A stretch of 64,000 nt of DNA from Dudresnaya verticillata (lineage: Eukaryota): NCBI GenBank assembly GCA_977862235.1, contig OZ374557.1:124001-188000 (forward strand), written 5' to 3'. The notes beneath the pieces were generated by a model that worked only from the letters and a program-made list of their open reading frames with translations, did no database searches and had not been told where the DNA came from. Below are positions 12,401-25,086 of this stretch, one piece after another. Both the position numbers and the translations under genes were made by a program. The first letter of the stretch is position 1, and each line of letters starts with the position of its first letter.

Positions 12401-14151
12401 GTGGACTGCTATGCGACCGTCCGCAACTGCGTAACTTGCGCTAAGAATCGCGTATTGCTACTAAAGAACACCAAGCAATTGAAGTTGTTCCCGGCAACCG
12501 AGCCTCTCGAATTTGTATCGATCGACATCCTGGACGAGCTCATACGCACGAAGCGAGGAAACAAGTTCCTACTCGTCATTGTGGACCGCTTCTCGAAGCT
12601 GGTCCGGACGGTCCCACTGCGTAGTATTACGGCATTGGAAATCGCTAAGGCGTTTGTACGACATTGGGTCTTCGTGTACGGCCCCCCAAGAAACTGTTGT
12701 CCGACAACGGACCACAGTTCGTGGCTAAGCTGTTTCAGGATATCTCCCGTCTTTTGGGAGTGGAGAATCTCTTCACTACGACGTACCATCCGCAATGCAA
12801 TGGCCAGGTCGAACGATTCAATCGAACTATCCTGGCCTCGCTGCGTCACTACGTTGCAGATCATCCGAGGGACTGGGACCTGTTCACGGATGCCTTGACG
12901 TTCGCATACAACACACAGTTGCATTCGTCTACGCATCTCGTTCCGTTTGAATTGGTGCTGTCGAAGCCACCACGACCATTGTCGCTCGAAGCGGAACCGT
13001 CGCTCGAAAGCGTACCCACCGCGGGGCAATACTACACCAAGTGGCGAACGTGGCTGGCCGCACTGATGGGAACCGCTAAAGCGTCGTTAGAGAAAACGAA
13101 AGCACGTTACAAACGAAACTTCGATACCCGATTAAGGAAATCGAAGGAAACAATCGCCGTAGGCGACTTCGTATTCGTACGTAAGGAATACTTCGCCCGA
13201 GGCGGGAGCACGGATCGCGCAGAGCGTAAGCATAAGCTGGCGCCAGTGGCGGACGGACCATACCGGGTAACGCACGTTGATAACGAGACAGTAACCGTCG
13301 ACAAGGGACGTGATTAGCGGGAACGTTTGTCCCGAGACCGCGTGGTCTGGGCGCCGACCCCACCGGGTCAGGCGGCCCCTCCAATCGTCGTACCACCAGG
13401 CCCGCCTGAGGAGCAGGGAGCAGTCGCCCCCACGTCACCTTACGAAGGGACGACTACCCCAGGCACGCCACCAGCGGACCCGGGAGAGGACGCAGACACT
13501 TCGCATACTGCGCCAGATCCGCAAGAGCGTACGATCGCAGCGTCACGCAGTCGTGGGTTGGCAGAGCTTTCGCCCTTCGCAGCCGATCCCAACGACCGCG
13601 CTTCGCAACCCGTCTCCAACGACGACAGTACCCCAGGGGCTCGCACCCGTTTGGAACACATCGCTACGGCACCGCCGAATGAGACCAATGACTCCGCTGA
13701 AAGCGCGTCCGATAACGAAGACGTTAACCGTGCAAGCACGAAGCAAGGCGCTGCAAGCGATGAACTCGTCTCAAGACGCAACAACCCACTGACCGCTGAT
13801 CGCGCGTCCGCGGCCCAAGGCCAACGCCTTCGGCGATCAACTCGTCGAGTACGCTTCGCCGAACCGGAACAGACGCCCATCACGCAACGAGACGAACCGC
13901 CAAAGGCGCTGGAAAGTACCACGTCCAAGCTGAACGCTGGGAGCGTGAAAGAATACGTGATTGAACACATCGAGTCGCACGCGTACGCGGATGATGTTGA
14001 GATCCTCTACAACGTCAAGTGGTTTGGATACCCCGCTTCAGCGAACACCTGGGAGCCCGTGTCCATTTTGCCGCGATCACACGCCGTGCGGTACCACCGT
14101 CGGAAGCACACGCACCTGCCTCCAAATATTGACGACGCCCAGCGCGGATAA
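9434..14151 (+). pseudogene. pol: pol of element A (PR-RT-RNaseH-IN-chromodomain), disrupted
   Basis: DTGAG; LRFCVDYRRLN, MPFGL, YLDD; DAS/EKECLA/TDH; HPG..C..C, SDNG, NGQVERFN, GPY; chromodomain EYVIEHI..YNVKWFGY..NTWEP. Stops at 11072 and 11840 plus frameshifts. Confidence 0.95.
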
Positions 14152-14728
14152 CCCTAATCGGGAAAACAACGCTAAAAGCGAATGCACTGACGTTCAGAGA
14201 CTGCACGGGCACGCAAACGTCGCCAACGGCGTGGACGCCCCCTCTAACGTACGTGGACGCGGGCACACCGCCGTGGCGACAACCAAGCACATACGTCACC
14301 GACGGAGCAGGACGCAAATCTGGCATCAAAGACAACCACACCACACGCGCACCACACGCGGCCCCCATACAGCGCCCCGGATGCGAGTGTGGCTGACAGT
14401 GGCTCCAGATCACTCGCCGCGGTACGCGCCCCACCAATCCTGTTCCCAGACACAGACTAGAGCTGGAAATTTTAATGCGCAAACAAAGGGGAGGCGCACT
14501 ACCCGACAACCTACCACTACGCCAAACACGGTATGCCAAGTGGCCGCACTGGTGCTAACGGCACGCACGACGCGTACATTTGCTCCTGCGCGTCTTCCGC
14601 GCTTCGCGGTGTCCCGGTGCCTCCTGCTTGGTCCGCCTGTGGCGTGTCTGGGCTACCTGCTCCTTCGCCGGTTGGCGTGGGGCCAGTGGGCCCCGGTACT
14701 TCAGGTGGTCGCGGTGGTTGCACGGTTG

Positions 14729-17700
14729 CGTGAACAAATCCCAGTCCCTTGGGTGGTCTGCTACGTAGTGACGCAGGGAGGCGAGGATGGTTCGATTGAA
14801 TCGTTCCACTTGGCCGTTACACTGTGGATGGTACGTAGTGGTGAAGAGATTCTCCACGCCTAAGATGCGGCAGACGTCCTGGAACAACTTGGATACAAAT
14901 TGCAGCCCATTGTCGGACAGCAGCTTCTTGGGTGGGCCATACACAAACGCCCAGTGTCGAACAAACGCCTTAGCGATTTCCAATGCCGTAATCTTACGTA
15001 AGGGGACCGTCCGGACCAGCTTCGAGAAGCGGTCCACGATGAAAACTAGGAACTTATTCCCCCGCTTAGTGCGTATAAGCTCCCGAGTATATCGATGGAC
15101 ACAAACTCGAGAGGCTCGGTTGCTGGGAACAGTTTCATCTCCTTCACGTTCTTTCGCATCAGTACCCGGTTCTTCGCGCAGGTAACGCAATTGCGGACGG
15201 TCGCGTAACAGTCCACCAACATAGACGGCCAATAATACTCGCTTTGAACCGTATGGTACAGCTTCCGCCCTCCGGGATGTCCTGCTAATTTAGCGTGATG
15301 CCGGAGATGGAGCAATCGAACGCGTAACGCGGATGGTACAACGACTTGGGGTCGGGCCTCGACGGTCCGAACCAATAGTCCCTGTTCATCCGTTGCAAAC
15401 GGTAGGGAGTCTCCGTCGTCTAGACGTTTCCGGATCTCGGAGCAGTACTGGTTACTGCCCTGAGCATGCACCAACTCTTCATGCGTCAATTGACGGAGGA
15501 GCACTTCGTCCGCCGGTGGCGCGCTGGTAACCAACATCTGGTCAAACTCCTCGAACTCTCGTTCGGAGAAATCGACTGCGCCCTTGGCGTTTGACATATC
15601 GCTTTCTGCGTGAGCGTAGCCGTCGTCTGACGAGTGATCCTCGTCCTTGACGCAACTTCTGTGGTAACACGGGAGGTCATCGTCAATTGGTTCGACGGCT
15701 TCGCCGTTCGTCTGTAGACGTGAGAGGGCATCTGCCTGAGTATTCAGGTATCCCTTTTTATACTTCATGACGAAGTAGAATTCAGACAGGCGAAGGCGCC
15801 ATCTCATTAACCATCCCGAGGGGTCGCTGATTTCCATGAGCCACCTCAACGACGAATGGTCCGTATGGACTACGAAGGACTCCATCTGAAGATACGGTCT
15901 CAACGTCGTGATCGACCAGACTACTGCTAGGCATTTATTTTCGGATACCGAGTAGTTGCGCTCCGGAGCGGTTAACGAGCGTGACCAGAAGCCGAGCCGC
16001 TTCCGTTCGCCGTCAGGCTGCGTTTGAAAGAGTGCGCAGCCAACTTGGTATTCACTCGCGTCACAATCAACGGAGTACGGTCGTCCTTGCTGTGGCAACG
16101 CCAGGATGGGCGGCTGAGTCACTGTTTCGACAAGTGTGCTGAATGCCTGAGTTTGCTCCTCGGTGAACGGTTGTAACCGGAAGTCTTGCTCTTTCCTCAA
16201 GAATTTGTTGAGGGGAGCGGCGACATGTGCGTATCGCGACACAAACCGTCTATAGACGTTGCACAGTCCGGGAAAGCTCCGTAATTCCTTCTGGAGCCGC
16301 GGATGCTTGGCTTCGCGTAACGCGGCTCTGACCGTACGGTCTACTTCCAATCGTCCCGGAGGTATCACATGGCCTAGGTAGTTGACGGTCGGGGTGAAGA
16401 AGTCGCACCTGGTTAACTTCAATGTCATCCCGGCCCGATGCAAGGTCGAAAGGATCTCGTCGACATGACGGAAGTGACTGTCGATATCGTTCGAGAAGAT
16501 GATCACATCGTCAAGGTAGACGAGGCATGAGCGCCACTTGTAACCAGCAAGCAGGATATCGAGGGTCCGTTGAAACGTGGCCGGTGCGTTAGTAAGCCCG
16601 AAGGGCATACGATTGTAGCGGAACAACCCGGCATGGCACGTAAACGCCGTCTTGTCGCGATCTCGCGGATTGATGGGCACCTGCCAGTAACCACTATTGC
16701 AGTCTAGGGTAGTGAAGACGTTCGCTTCCCCTAGACTATCAATAGATTCGTCGATTCGCGGGAGAGGGTACGTATCTTGTACCTTTATCGCGTTCAAGCG
16801 ACGGTAGTCAACGCAGAAGCGGAGTGTACCGTCCTTCTTGGGATCAAAGACGACCGGCGACGCCCATGGCGATTGTGCGGGTTCGATAACCCCCTGACGC
16901 AACATGTGATCCACCTCCGCTTGAGCGAGTTGCCTTTGCTTTGGGCCAGCGCGGTAAGACGGGGATGAAATCGGCCTGGAGCCGGGGAGCAAGTCAATAT
17001 AGTGCTCCGTGGTTGCGCTTTCTCCTAATGAACCGTCCCACATCGACGAATACCTGCGCAGCATCTCCTTCAGCCTTCATCCGCCCTTGATGTTAAGCTG
17101 AGAGATGATTCAGGTCCAACTCGTCCACTGACGGAGGTTTAGCTACAGTTGCTTCGATCGACTTAGCGAATATATCCGGCTGCGCCGTTACTCCACCATT
17201 CGTTTGAAAACGGAAATCTTGATTCGCCTCTTCCTCCGCTGCCTGCTCCTCAGTGATACCTAGGACATCGGCCAGACTTATGTCACTGAGGAATACTGCT
17301 GTGGGATGTGGCAACGCGGTAGCGAAGACTTGTCCTTTGACGAGCGCTTGCGGACGCGGGGAAAGTTCGCAACGAGAATCCGGAACACTCTCAGCGGCTC
17401 TACTTGAGCGAGCCCGTTAGTAACGGCCAAAGCTTGCCGATCATATAACGTTCCAAATGGTTGGATGGTAATGACCCCTGTTCGCTCGGTCTTACCGAGA
17501 TCCACTTTTGCGCCTGTGGCGGGATGATCGTTCGTTCCGCAACGCGTATCTTGGGCGACCTTCGCCCTTTGGCCGGACCATACTCTTGTTCCGTTGGCAA
17601 CGGGGGGTACGACGGGGGCCGGTGCAGTGGGCGGCGCGTTATAGGGACACGGGTCCCGTCCTCCAACTCAATCTCGCGACTCCGCGGGTAAATCGCTTCG

Positions 17701-18212
17701 ACAAAGCGGTCGCAAAAGTCGCAACCGAGTATAACCGGCGCAGCGAGCCGTTCACAGACGATCAACTCCAACTTGACAACCCTTCGTCCGAGACGTACGA
17801 CTAAGTCGATAGTGCCCCGGGTCTGAATCGCCTTGTTGTTAGCTTCTGATATGACGGGGAGACTCTTGGATACGATCCGTGATCACGCTTCTAGCGGAAT
17901 GTCGTCAATGCGAATGAAATTCGGACCAGCCCCCGTGTCGTGGACAGTAAGCTAACGTGCCAAGGTACCTACAGTTACGCCCAGATCAGCATATACTTTG
18001 TAGTTCCTTTTGGCCATTACGAAGAACTGTCCCCAGGCCTCTGGGGGCTGGTACCTGCGCCAGGGGCGCTTCAAGGACGTCTGTGACGCGTCTACGCGCC
18101 TATCGGCGTATTTGTTAACTAGGTTCGGGTCCTCCTTCCGTGTCAGCACCCGAGGCGGAAGCCTCTCTGCTTGGTGCGACACCCCAGTGTCAGGAGTTGG
18201 TACTCTCATTAG
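14729..18212 (-). pseudogene. pol: pol of element B; RT-RNaseH-IN zinc finger is open over 15046..17064
   Basis: The 672-aa ORF has YLDD, RNase H and HHCC motifs; protease and integrase core are frameshifted. Confidence 0.95.
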
Positions 18213-20760
18213 TTTTTCGCCTGCGGCGGTTGTAGCGGCGCTGTGTAGCGATTGATCACCGTCGGATGACGTTCTGCTGCATGCGGCATAGGTCCGCCCC
18301 TTGGCGACGGTGGTCGTGCTGCACGGCGTGCTGCTTCGCGCACGGCGCGTTATTTGAACCGCGTGTACGCTTCAGCGGGGACCCCCGCCTTCTCGGCGTC
18401 TGTTAAGCCTTCGTAGTTGGCGATCTCTTTCATATTCTCGCTCATGCGGAGGAAGCAGTCCGGTGCGATGTGGCCACGGGCATAACACTGATGACAGATC
18501 AACTGTTTGCGAGCGTCTTGACGGAACGGACCACTGTCTTGCCAACCTGGCCTCGCCCGATGGACATGGGGGCATACTCCGAGTACGGAACGCGTGGCGC
18601 GGGCACAACGGAACGCCCAAAGGCGAGTGTAGGGTCCATTTCCCCTGTGTCCTCGTCTTCGACGTAGCTGTCCGTTGGTAACGCTGAAGTTGGCAATGAC
18701 GCTTGTTCGTCGGCCAAGTAAAGATCACCATCGGTGTGTGTTTCCATATCGTCCGCATGACGGGTGACATCACGGAACTCAACTGAAGACGCCGCTATCA
18801 TAGCGCATGCGGCAGGCTTCGTGCCCCTCGTCTGTTGACGTAGAACCGTTCGGTTGCCGCCAATGGCGGGGCGGAATGCGCGAGCGGCTTGGGCCGGGGC
18901 CATTATATCCCGTCTTACTGACGTCGAGCCGGCGCTGCCGTGTCTTGCGTGTTGCGCGTCACCTTCGTCTTGCGCGAAGTGGACTAATCGTTCAAAAGAT
19001 AACTCCTCCCTCGGCGTTTCTTCGCGGAAGCGGGCCACTAAGGACCTGATCGTCGAGTCTAGCCTATCGATGTACAGTGTCATCTTTTCCCATTCATGAT
19101 AATCGTTACGGCAACGAATACATGCGCCGGCCAGTCTCATGCCGTAAGTCGTTTCGTCTTCGACCTCCTTCTGAATAGTCGACCTCAGGGCGAGGCAAGC
19201 GCCTCAAATCGCCGAAGGCGTGGCGTACGTGTGGAGGAGATAGTGCACCGCCTCCGGGTACGATGATACGCCGCCGCGGTGGCGTGAGGACGTCGATTTG
19301 ACGGAGCAGAATTGCGTGGCTTCCGTACCTCGTAAGAAGTACGGCAGCGCGAGGAACCCTTGTGCTTCGCTCATCTCTAGCGTGTCCGCTTCATCCGAGA
19401 ACCGCGTTAAAAACTCGAGAACCATGATGGGGTCGCTGCCGTTGAAGGCGGCTTCCTCATTGTTAACTCGAGTCGCTTGATATGGTCTTTGACCTTCCCG
19501 GTTTCGCGTCCAGAGCGCTTCTGTCCCACGTCTTGAAGACGGTATGGGCGGAACGATAGCAACTGATCGAAGAGCGTATTGGAGGGGCTTAGCTCCTTTA
19601 GTCCCTTGTATCGCTTTCCGCGGGGCTGCATGGCACTGCTGTGAGCCATGCGGTCGTCGTCGTCAGACGAAGAGCCTGTTGATCCGTCGTCCCTAGACGT
19701 GTTCGAATAGGATGGGGATGAGCCCCCCGTCGGTGACGGTTCTTCTTCCGTCCACGACGCGATTTGCGGCGATTATTGCCTCGTGTCTTACGATCCTTGC
19801 GTCGGCGGCGGTCTTCCTCGGAACTATCGTCATCAGACGCCAGCCCTTGGCGCCATTTGGCGGTTTCCAGTCGCTCCAAGCGGGTCTCTAATCGCTGAAA
19901 GCGTTCGCGTGAACTCAGTTCCGACTGGGAATGGACCGTCAGTGCCATCGGCTGCTGGGCCTCGGCGCCGTGGTTGGGGTTCGTCATTAGATGGTCGAGG
20001 TCGGAACGGAGTCCTTGAAGGACACCGTTCCGATCTTCTTCCAACGTATGCAGACTGCTGAAAATACCTCCGACATTGTCGTCGAGCATCTCCGCGAATC
20101 GAGCGAGTAAGTTACCGTCTTCGGCGACGCATACTTCCCGGATCCGCTCGCGAGGTATAGTGAGATTACTAACGCGGGCGGATGCTGGGGAAGCCACTGG
20201 CGGTGTGCGCGCGGGGGTCGGCGCCTGCGGCGGACCTCCCGTGCTGTGCGGTTGCGCTAACGGCCCGGCCGGTGAACATCCGGCACTGCCGTGGGGAGAG
20301 GGGCAGCAGCCCCTCGGAATTGGAGATTCGTCTATGAAGTCGCGCCCGCAGGGCGTTCTTGGTCGTCGTCGACGGGTAAGGTTGGTTGGTGGACCGAAAC
20401 TTCCGGTTGTTCCTCGACGATGTCGGCTTGGGCTCCGTCCTCGACGGGTCGCTGTTCGGCTTGTACCGTGTCAGCGGAATCTACTTGCGAGTGGTAGGTT
20501 AGGAGGGCCGATTCGTTGGGAACGGTGGTACGGATGACGACGGGTATCGGCGGGGGAGGTACTTCTCCCCTGTTGAGCGATATCTGGGAGTGATCGTGGC
20601 CGGGACCGGTCGGAAAGGGCGATGCGATCTCGCGGTTCACGACGCGCCCAGACCTCGTTGTCATCCGCTGTAGCGACCGCTCCGACCCGGGGACACTCCC
20701 CGGCATCGATGACGGTCTTCTTAAACTGGGGCCTCGCGACGGCGGCGGTCGTGAGGCCAT
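18209..20760 (-). pseudogene. gag: gag of element B (several frameshifts)
   Basis: ORF pieces 20332..20760, 19598..20197, 19407..19649, 19204..19425 and 18499..19140 match A gag; intact CCHC knuckle. Confidence 0.9.
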
Positions 20761-20867
20761 AATGCAGTCGTCGAGTTGCTTGAACGTCGTGGACGATTAG
20801 CGACGGACGTCTAGAGACGGAAGGTCGGACGTCGCACGACGGAGTAACTCGTTGAAACGTAGCACAC

Positions 20868-20885
20868 TTCTAGGTCGGGAGACCA
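20868..20885 (-). promoter_or_regulatory. Primer-binding site of B (tRNA-Tyr type)
   Basis: Reverse complement reads TGGTCTCCCGACCTAGAA, 2 nt from the LTR end. Confidence 0.8.
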
Positions 20886-20887
20886 GT

Positions 20888-21810
20888 TGTGGTGCAAACG
20901 TCCTTGACGGAACACCGCTGAGCAGTTCGGGGCTCGCTGGGTAGCAACGCCCGTGGCGGTGAGTAGCCTCGCCTTGGGCGGCTTGTGGTAGAGCAGTTGA
21001 CACGCCTTGGGCGGGCTGTAAATTCCCGAGGCGGAAAGGAAGAACAAAAGAGAACAAAAAGGGAACACGTCAAAGACGGGTAGAGACGTGGAAGCACGGG
21101 AGGTAGACGCTTAGCCGTAGGTAGCGGTAGGGTACGCGCGTGCGGAACGGGGAAGTCTGGACCAAGGCCGGCTTGCCGGGAGTTTACCTCAACGTCTGGG
21201 ACGGATCAACTAAGTATAGAACTAACTAGCGGCGGCGACGCGTGTGTACGCGCCGCGCGGGAACTCGGGACACGTGTTTCCCGAGGCGCGTCTGACAGAT
21301 CCGTCCGTCATGCAGCCGCACTCCTGACAGATCACGCGTAGCTTCCCCGCTCGAGTCCTTACACCTACACGTGTATGTACTTCCTTACAGCCGCACTCGC
21401 CCCATGGCGCGTGCGATCTCGATCTGCACTAATCCCGATCCAGTCCGCATCCGGGCCAGCCATGCGGATGCGCCAGGCTTACAGGCGCGTGTATTACACC
21501 TCTTAATCCCGATATCTGATCCCGATGTGGGATCCCAATTGGATCCGGATCCGGGTAAAGCTTACAGCGAACGTTCCCGCCACTGCGCCATGCGCGTACG
21601 CGTGGCGCCGTACAGTGCCCCGGGTTCAGGCGTGCGGTCTGCACGCCAAGCGAGCCGTTCTGGCCCGAGTGGCCAGTGGCATGCGTCGGTGACATGTTTG
21701 CGCCGCGGGCGGGTTGAGCGCGCCGTTGGCGGTCGTCCGTCGGTAGACGCGGCATATCAACCCGCTTGAAAGCGAAAACGGGGGACCCCCCTGTAGGAAG
21801 GTCCTCCACA
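20888..21810 (-). repeat. 5' LTR of element B (923 bp)
   Basis: Termini TGTGG...TTGCACCACA; the PBS-proximal part is strongly similar to the A LTR, the distal part more diverged. Confidence 0.85.
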
Positions 21811-23129
21811 TTGCGAGTCATCACTTCGTCCCGTGGTTATCGATCTGGTTCTTCCCTAATTCCATTCCTCGCAGCGCACTGACTTTTCTTGTAGTGGTAT
21901 TCCTAAAAAGCGAATCATTCGGACGTTATGTCCGCTCAGAAGGACTTTGGCGCAATTCAACCCGAACTGACCCGGCAGTCGTGTCTTTCATGTTTTCCGA
22001 ATCGTTGAAATCACTTCCGCAGTAGTCTTTAACACCATCCGCTTCTATCACTGGTGTTATTCGATGGCGTTTTGTTCCTTTCAAGGGTGATCGTGAAGGC
22101 AACCTCGCCCCTGCCTCACGCCTTTCAGGTAGGATGAGCTGCATTGGGGATAGCATATTCGGGGACACGCTTGAGCGTTTCTGAGGTTCACTCTCCCTAG
22201 GCAAACAAACTTTCACCTGGCGAGAATTACAACCTCGTTCGACATTACCTGGCTTGCTCGACAGTAGGTTTAGGCCCTTTCCTGTCTGCAAGGGGCGTTC
22301 CCTCGACGCTGTCACCTCGTTTCATAGTTCTTTTCTAAGCTTCAAGGACCCGCGTCGGCGACCACTACGATCGTCTCCAACCTCTTGTGTAGGGCGGGCG
22401 GAACCAGTCGGGGTATGTATACGAGGCTGCATTACAAGGCCATTTCTGAACAGAAATTACGATAATGCGATACACGGACCGTTCGGCGTGGGCCAATTCG
22501 ATTTTGATAAAAATATCTTTATAATTTTGATATCGCTTTCTGACCTCGTCCAATAGTTCATCACTTAAGTGACGGGTGATCAATCGCGCTCGGTGCGTTC
22601 ACGTTTACAGCACGTGTATCACCGACGACGTTGTCGGAGTGCGGAGCGTGGACGTGGTTTCAGCACAACGTGTCGCATCACACTTGCAGATCACTATACG
22701 TTGCTATCGGAAACTCATTTTGCACCGTTCTACTAGGAGCTTATCTGTGAGGCCCTGCGCAATCTTTTTACTGCCTTTGCTGCGTTGGAATGCTGAAGTA
22801 CGGCGCGATGAAGTTTTGGCTTTGTGCCAAGCGGAACTGCCCTCGCAAGCGCAATGGTCGCATGACCGCTTCGCGACTACCGCAAGCGCTCAGGGCATCT
22901 TTCGAATCATGACGAGATGATGGTTATTGTCAATTTACTGATGCGCACCAGTATCTACCTCTTCTCTACACTGCTCCGCTGCGCCCCGCTGATGCAGGTG
23001 GTGTACAGACTGCGCCCAGGTGCAGCTGCGCAACGTCATACAACCGAGTACAGAGTTGCTGTACTTATATTCAATTAGAAGCGAATGCGGCTAAGAGATC
23101 TCGAAGGTGATGTTGTACTTTATTGAATC

Positions 23130-23520
23130 TTTAACGTGCGCGGTTGCGCGGGCGACTTTTTTTTGAGACAACGGGGTGGCGAGGCGCGGGACCGACGACG
23201 CAGACGTAGCTCCTCCTCCTTCTACTCGCTGCGGCGGCGGCGGCGGTTGTTGTTGTTGTTCGCGGCAGGCAGCGGTGGTACGGCGGGTGACCTCCCCTGC
23301 GCGGAGACGGCAAGGAGACGCGAGGGCGAGTGCACAGGAGGCGCGCGGGCGGGGTTGGGGCGGGGCGGGCGCACCGCGGCGGGCGAGCGGGTCGGTGCGC
23401 GCGCGGGAGGGCGGGGAGGCGCGGCGGGCGCGGGCGCGGGCGCGGACGCGGGGCGGCGGACGGGTTGTGTTTGTGGGGGGTGGGTGTGGGTGTGAGCGCG
23501 AGCGTGCGCGTGTGCTCCAC
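23130..23520. other. Extremely GC-rich low-complexity tract
   Basis: (GCGG) and (GCGCGG) runs, (GGC)n, (TGT)n and dense G-runs. Confidence 0.7.
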
Positions 23521-25086
23521 ATACGTTGTTCACTTTCCAGATGCTTTTCTGCTCGAAACCTTATGTCCCCAACAGTCCCGGCGGCGTATCCGCGCATACG
23601 GTACCAAATCTGGTTAAGCAATACCGCAATGAATCGCTGTAGTGGCTGTGAAAGTGAGCGCCGCGGAGTACTGGAGCCTGTCTGTCATGACGTAATCGTG
23701 ATAACTTACGTACCGCTGGAATGCCCACAGAACAATGCTCGAAAAAACTCAGCTGCAATTGTCTGTTCCGATTAACATTCCTGCTCCCCGCAGCGGAGAA
23801 AATAGAGTTAGCTAAATGGAAACTGCTACAGCACTGTCGCTTTTTCGATCGTTGTAAGATTGATGATCGGAAATGTAGACATCGAGGGGTTTCAACACAG
23901 TCAGAACTTACCATCCAATTACCTCTTCTTCCATATCTAAAAAACAGGGAATACTCGTTCGAGGACGATGATACTATCCAACTGCAGTTGGGGTATCATG
24001 ATGGGTATAAGCGTACCCGTAACGTTAGCGCAAGAGAACACAAAGCAGTTAAATCAGAATGACTAGCACATTGCAGCCTGGCATTTTCAGGTAGCGATCG
24101 CGAATAATCCGTGAAATGTAGTTCATGTTCGTACGCATTCAGGTGGGTGCAACCTGAGCTGTCTTGAGCAGATCGGTACGCCGTTAAGATTTGGCAGAGG
24201 AACAATTCCTCTGTCATGCGCCCGCGTTAATACAGAACTGTCAAAACGTCAGTAGACAAGACGTGAAGTTACGAACCCGTGGGTAGCGACCACAGGCATG
24301 AGCAAGGTCTCATTCCCCGCGACGGTGCCGAGATCCATCATGATGATCGCGCGTGTTCGCGTTCGCGATGCAGAGTGCGCTCCTTGCTGAATATTGCAAG
24401 GTTGGCACCGACGGCCGCCGCATACCTATGAATGTAACACGCGCAATTTACGAAACGAGATCTCGCCATGAATGCCGCTCCTGGGTGGCCGAAACACAGG
24501 TTTGTGCAGATACGTCAGCTCCCACCCGTTTTCCGCCACAAGCTCAGCCGTTTGGCGGTGGAATTGTGTCATGCAAGGCGTTCGCCGCTGAACACGTAGC
24601 TGTGTTTTATTTCTGCAGAACAGTAATTGGCAGATTGAATACAATCTCGATAATTCTTATGAGATACCTTTCTCTGTAAACATAACCTAGGTACAACCGG
24701 ACATACCCCCACGTTCGTGATATAGATTGTGTCCGGGGAATGGATTCTGTGGATGGCATGCCATGATTTTGCAAAATCATGGATACTGTTGGCCCGTTGC
24801 CCTGCAGCGGTGGACGCCTTGCTACACAGATTCCGTACTCCCTGGTTGTCGATGAAAGCAACAGATGAGGAATAACTGCGAATGGCATCGTACGACGGTA
24901 TCGGTCGCGCTACGGCGGTAAAGATACCCGGACGAGTTTCAGAAAGTAACGCAACTGTTTACTGAAGCTGAACGGATATGTTGGTATACCAACGATCCGC
25001 CAGTGCCAAGAAAACCCCTTCTTTGCCTTAATCTCGAACGAGTGGCTTCTAAACAATTTGCTCGCATTTCCTAGGAATAACAATTA

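Larger units (their letters stand above)
5915..14728 (+). mobile_element. Ty3/Gypsy chromovirus A, decayed and 3'-truncated (no PPT or 3' LTR)
   Basis: Order LTR-PBS-gag-PR-RT-RNaseH-IN-chromodomain; cut off at the junction with element B. Confidence 0.95.
14729..21810 (-). mobile_element. Ty3/Gypsy element B, same family as A, truncated inside integrase
   Basis: Collinear reverse-complement homology to A from the LTR to the integrase motif RDWDLFT. Confidence 0.95.

Noticed and set aside
5910..21815. A plus B as one element with inverted LTRs (DIRS-like or TIR-like)
   Set aside because: No shared TSD, diverged LTRs, separate PBS/gag/pol sets and no tyrosine recombinase.
21811..22583. Minus-strand ORF fragments interrupted by element B
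   Set aside because: Probably transposon debris, but no identifiable domain.
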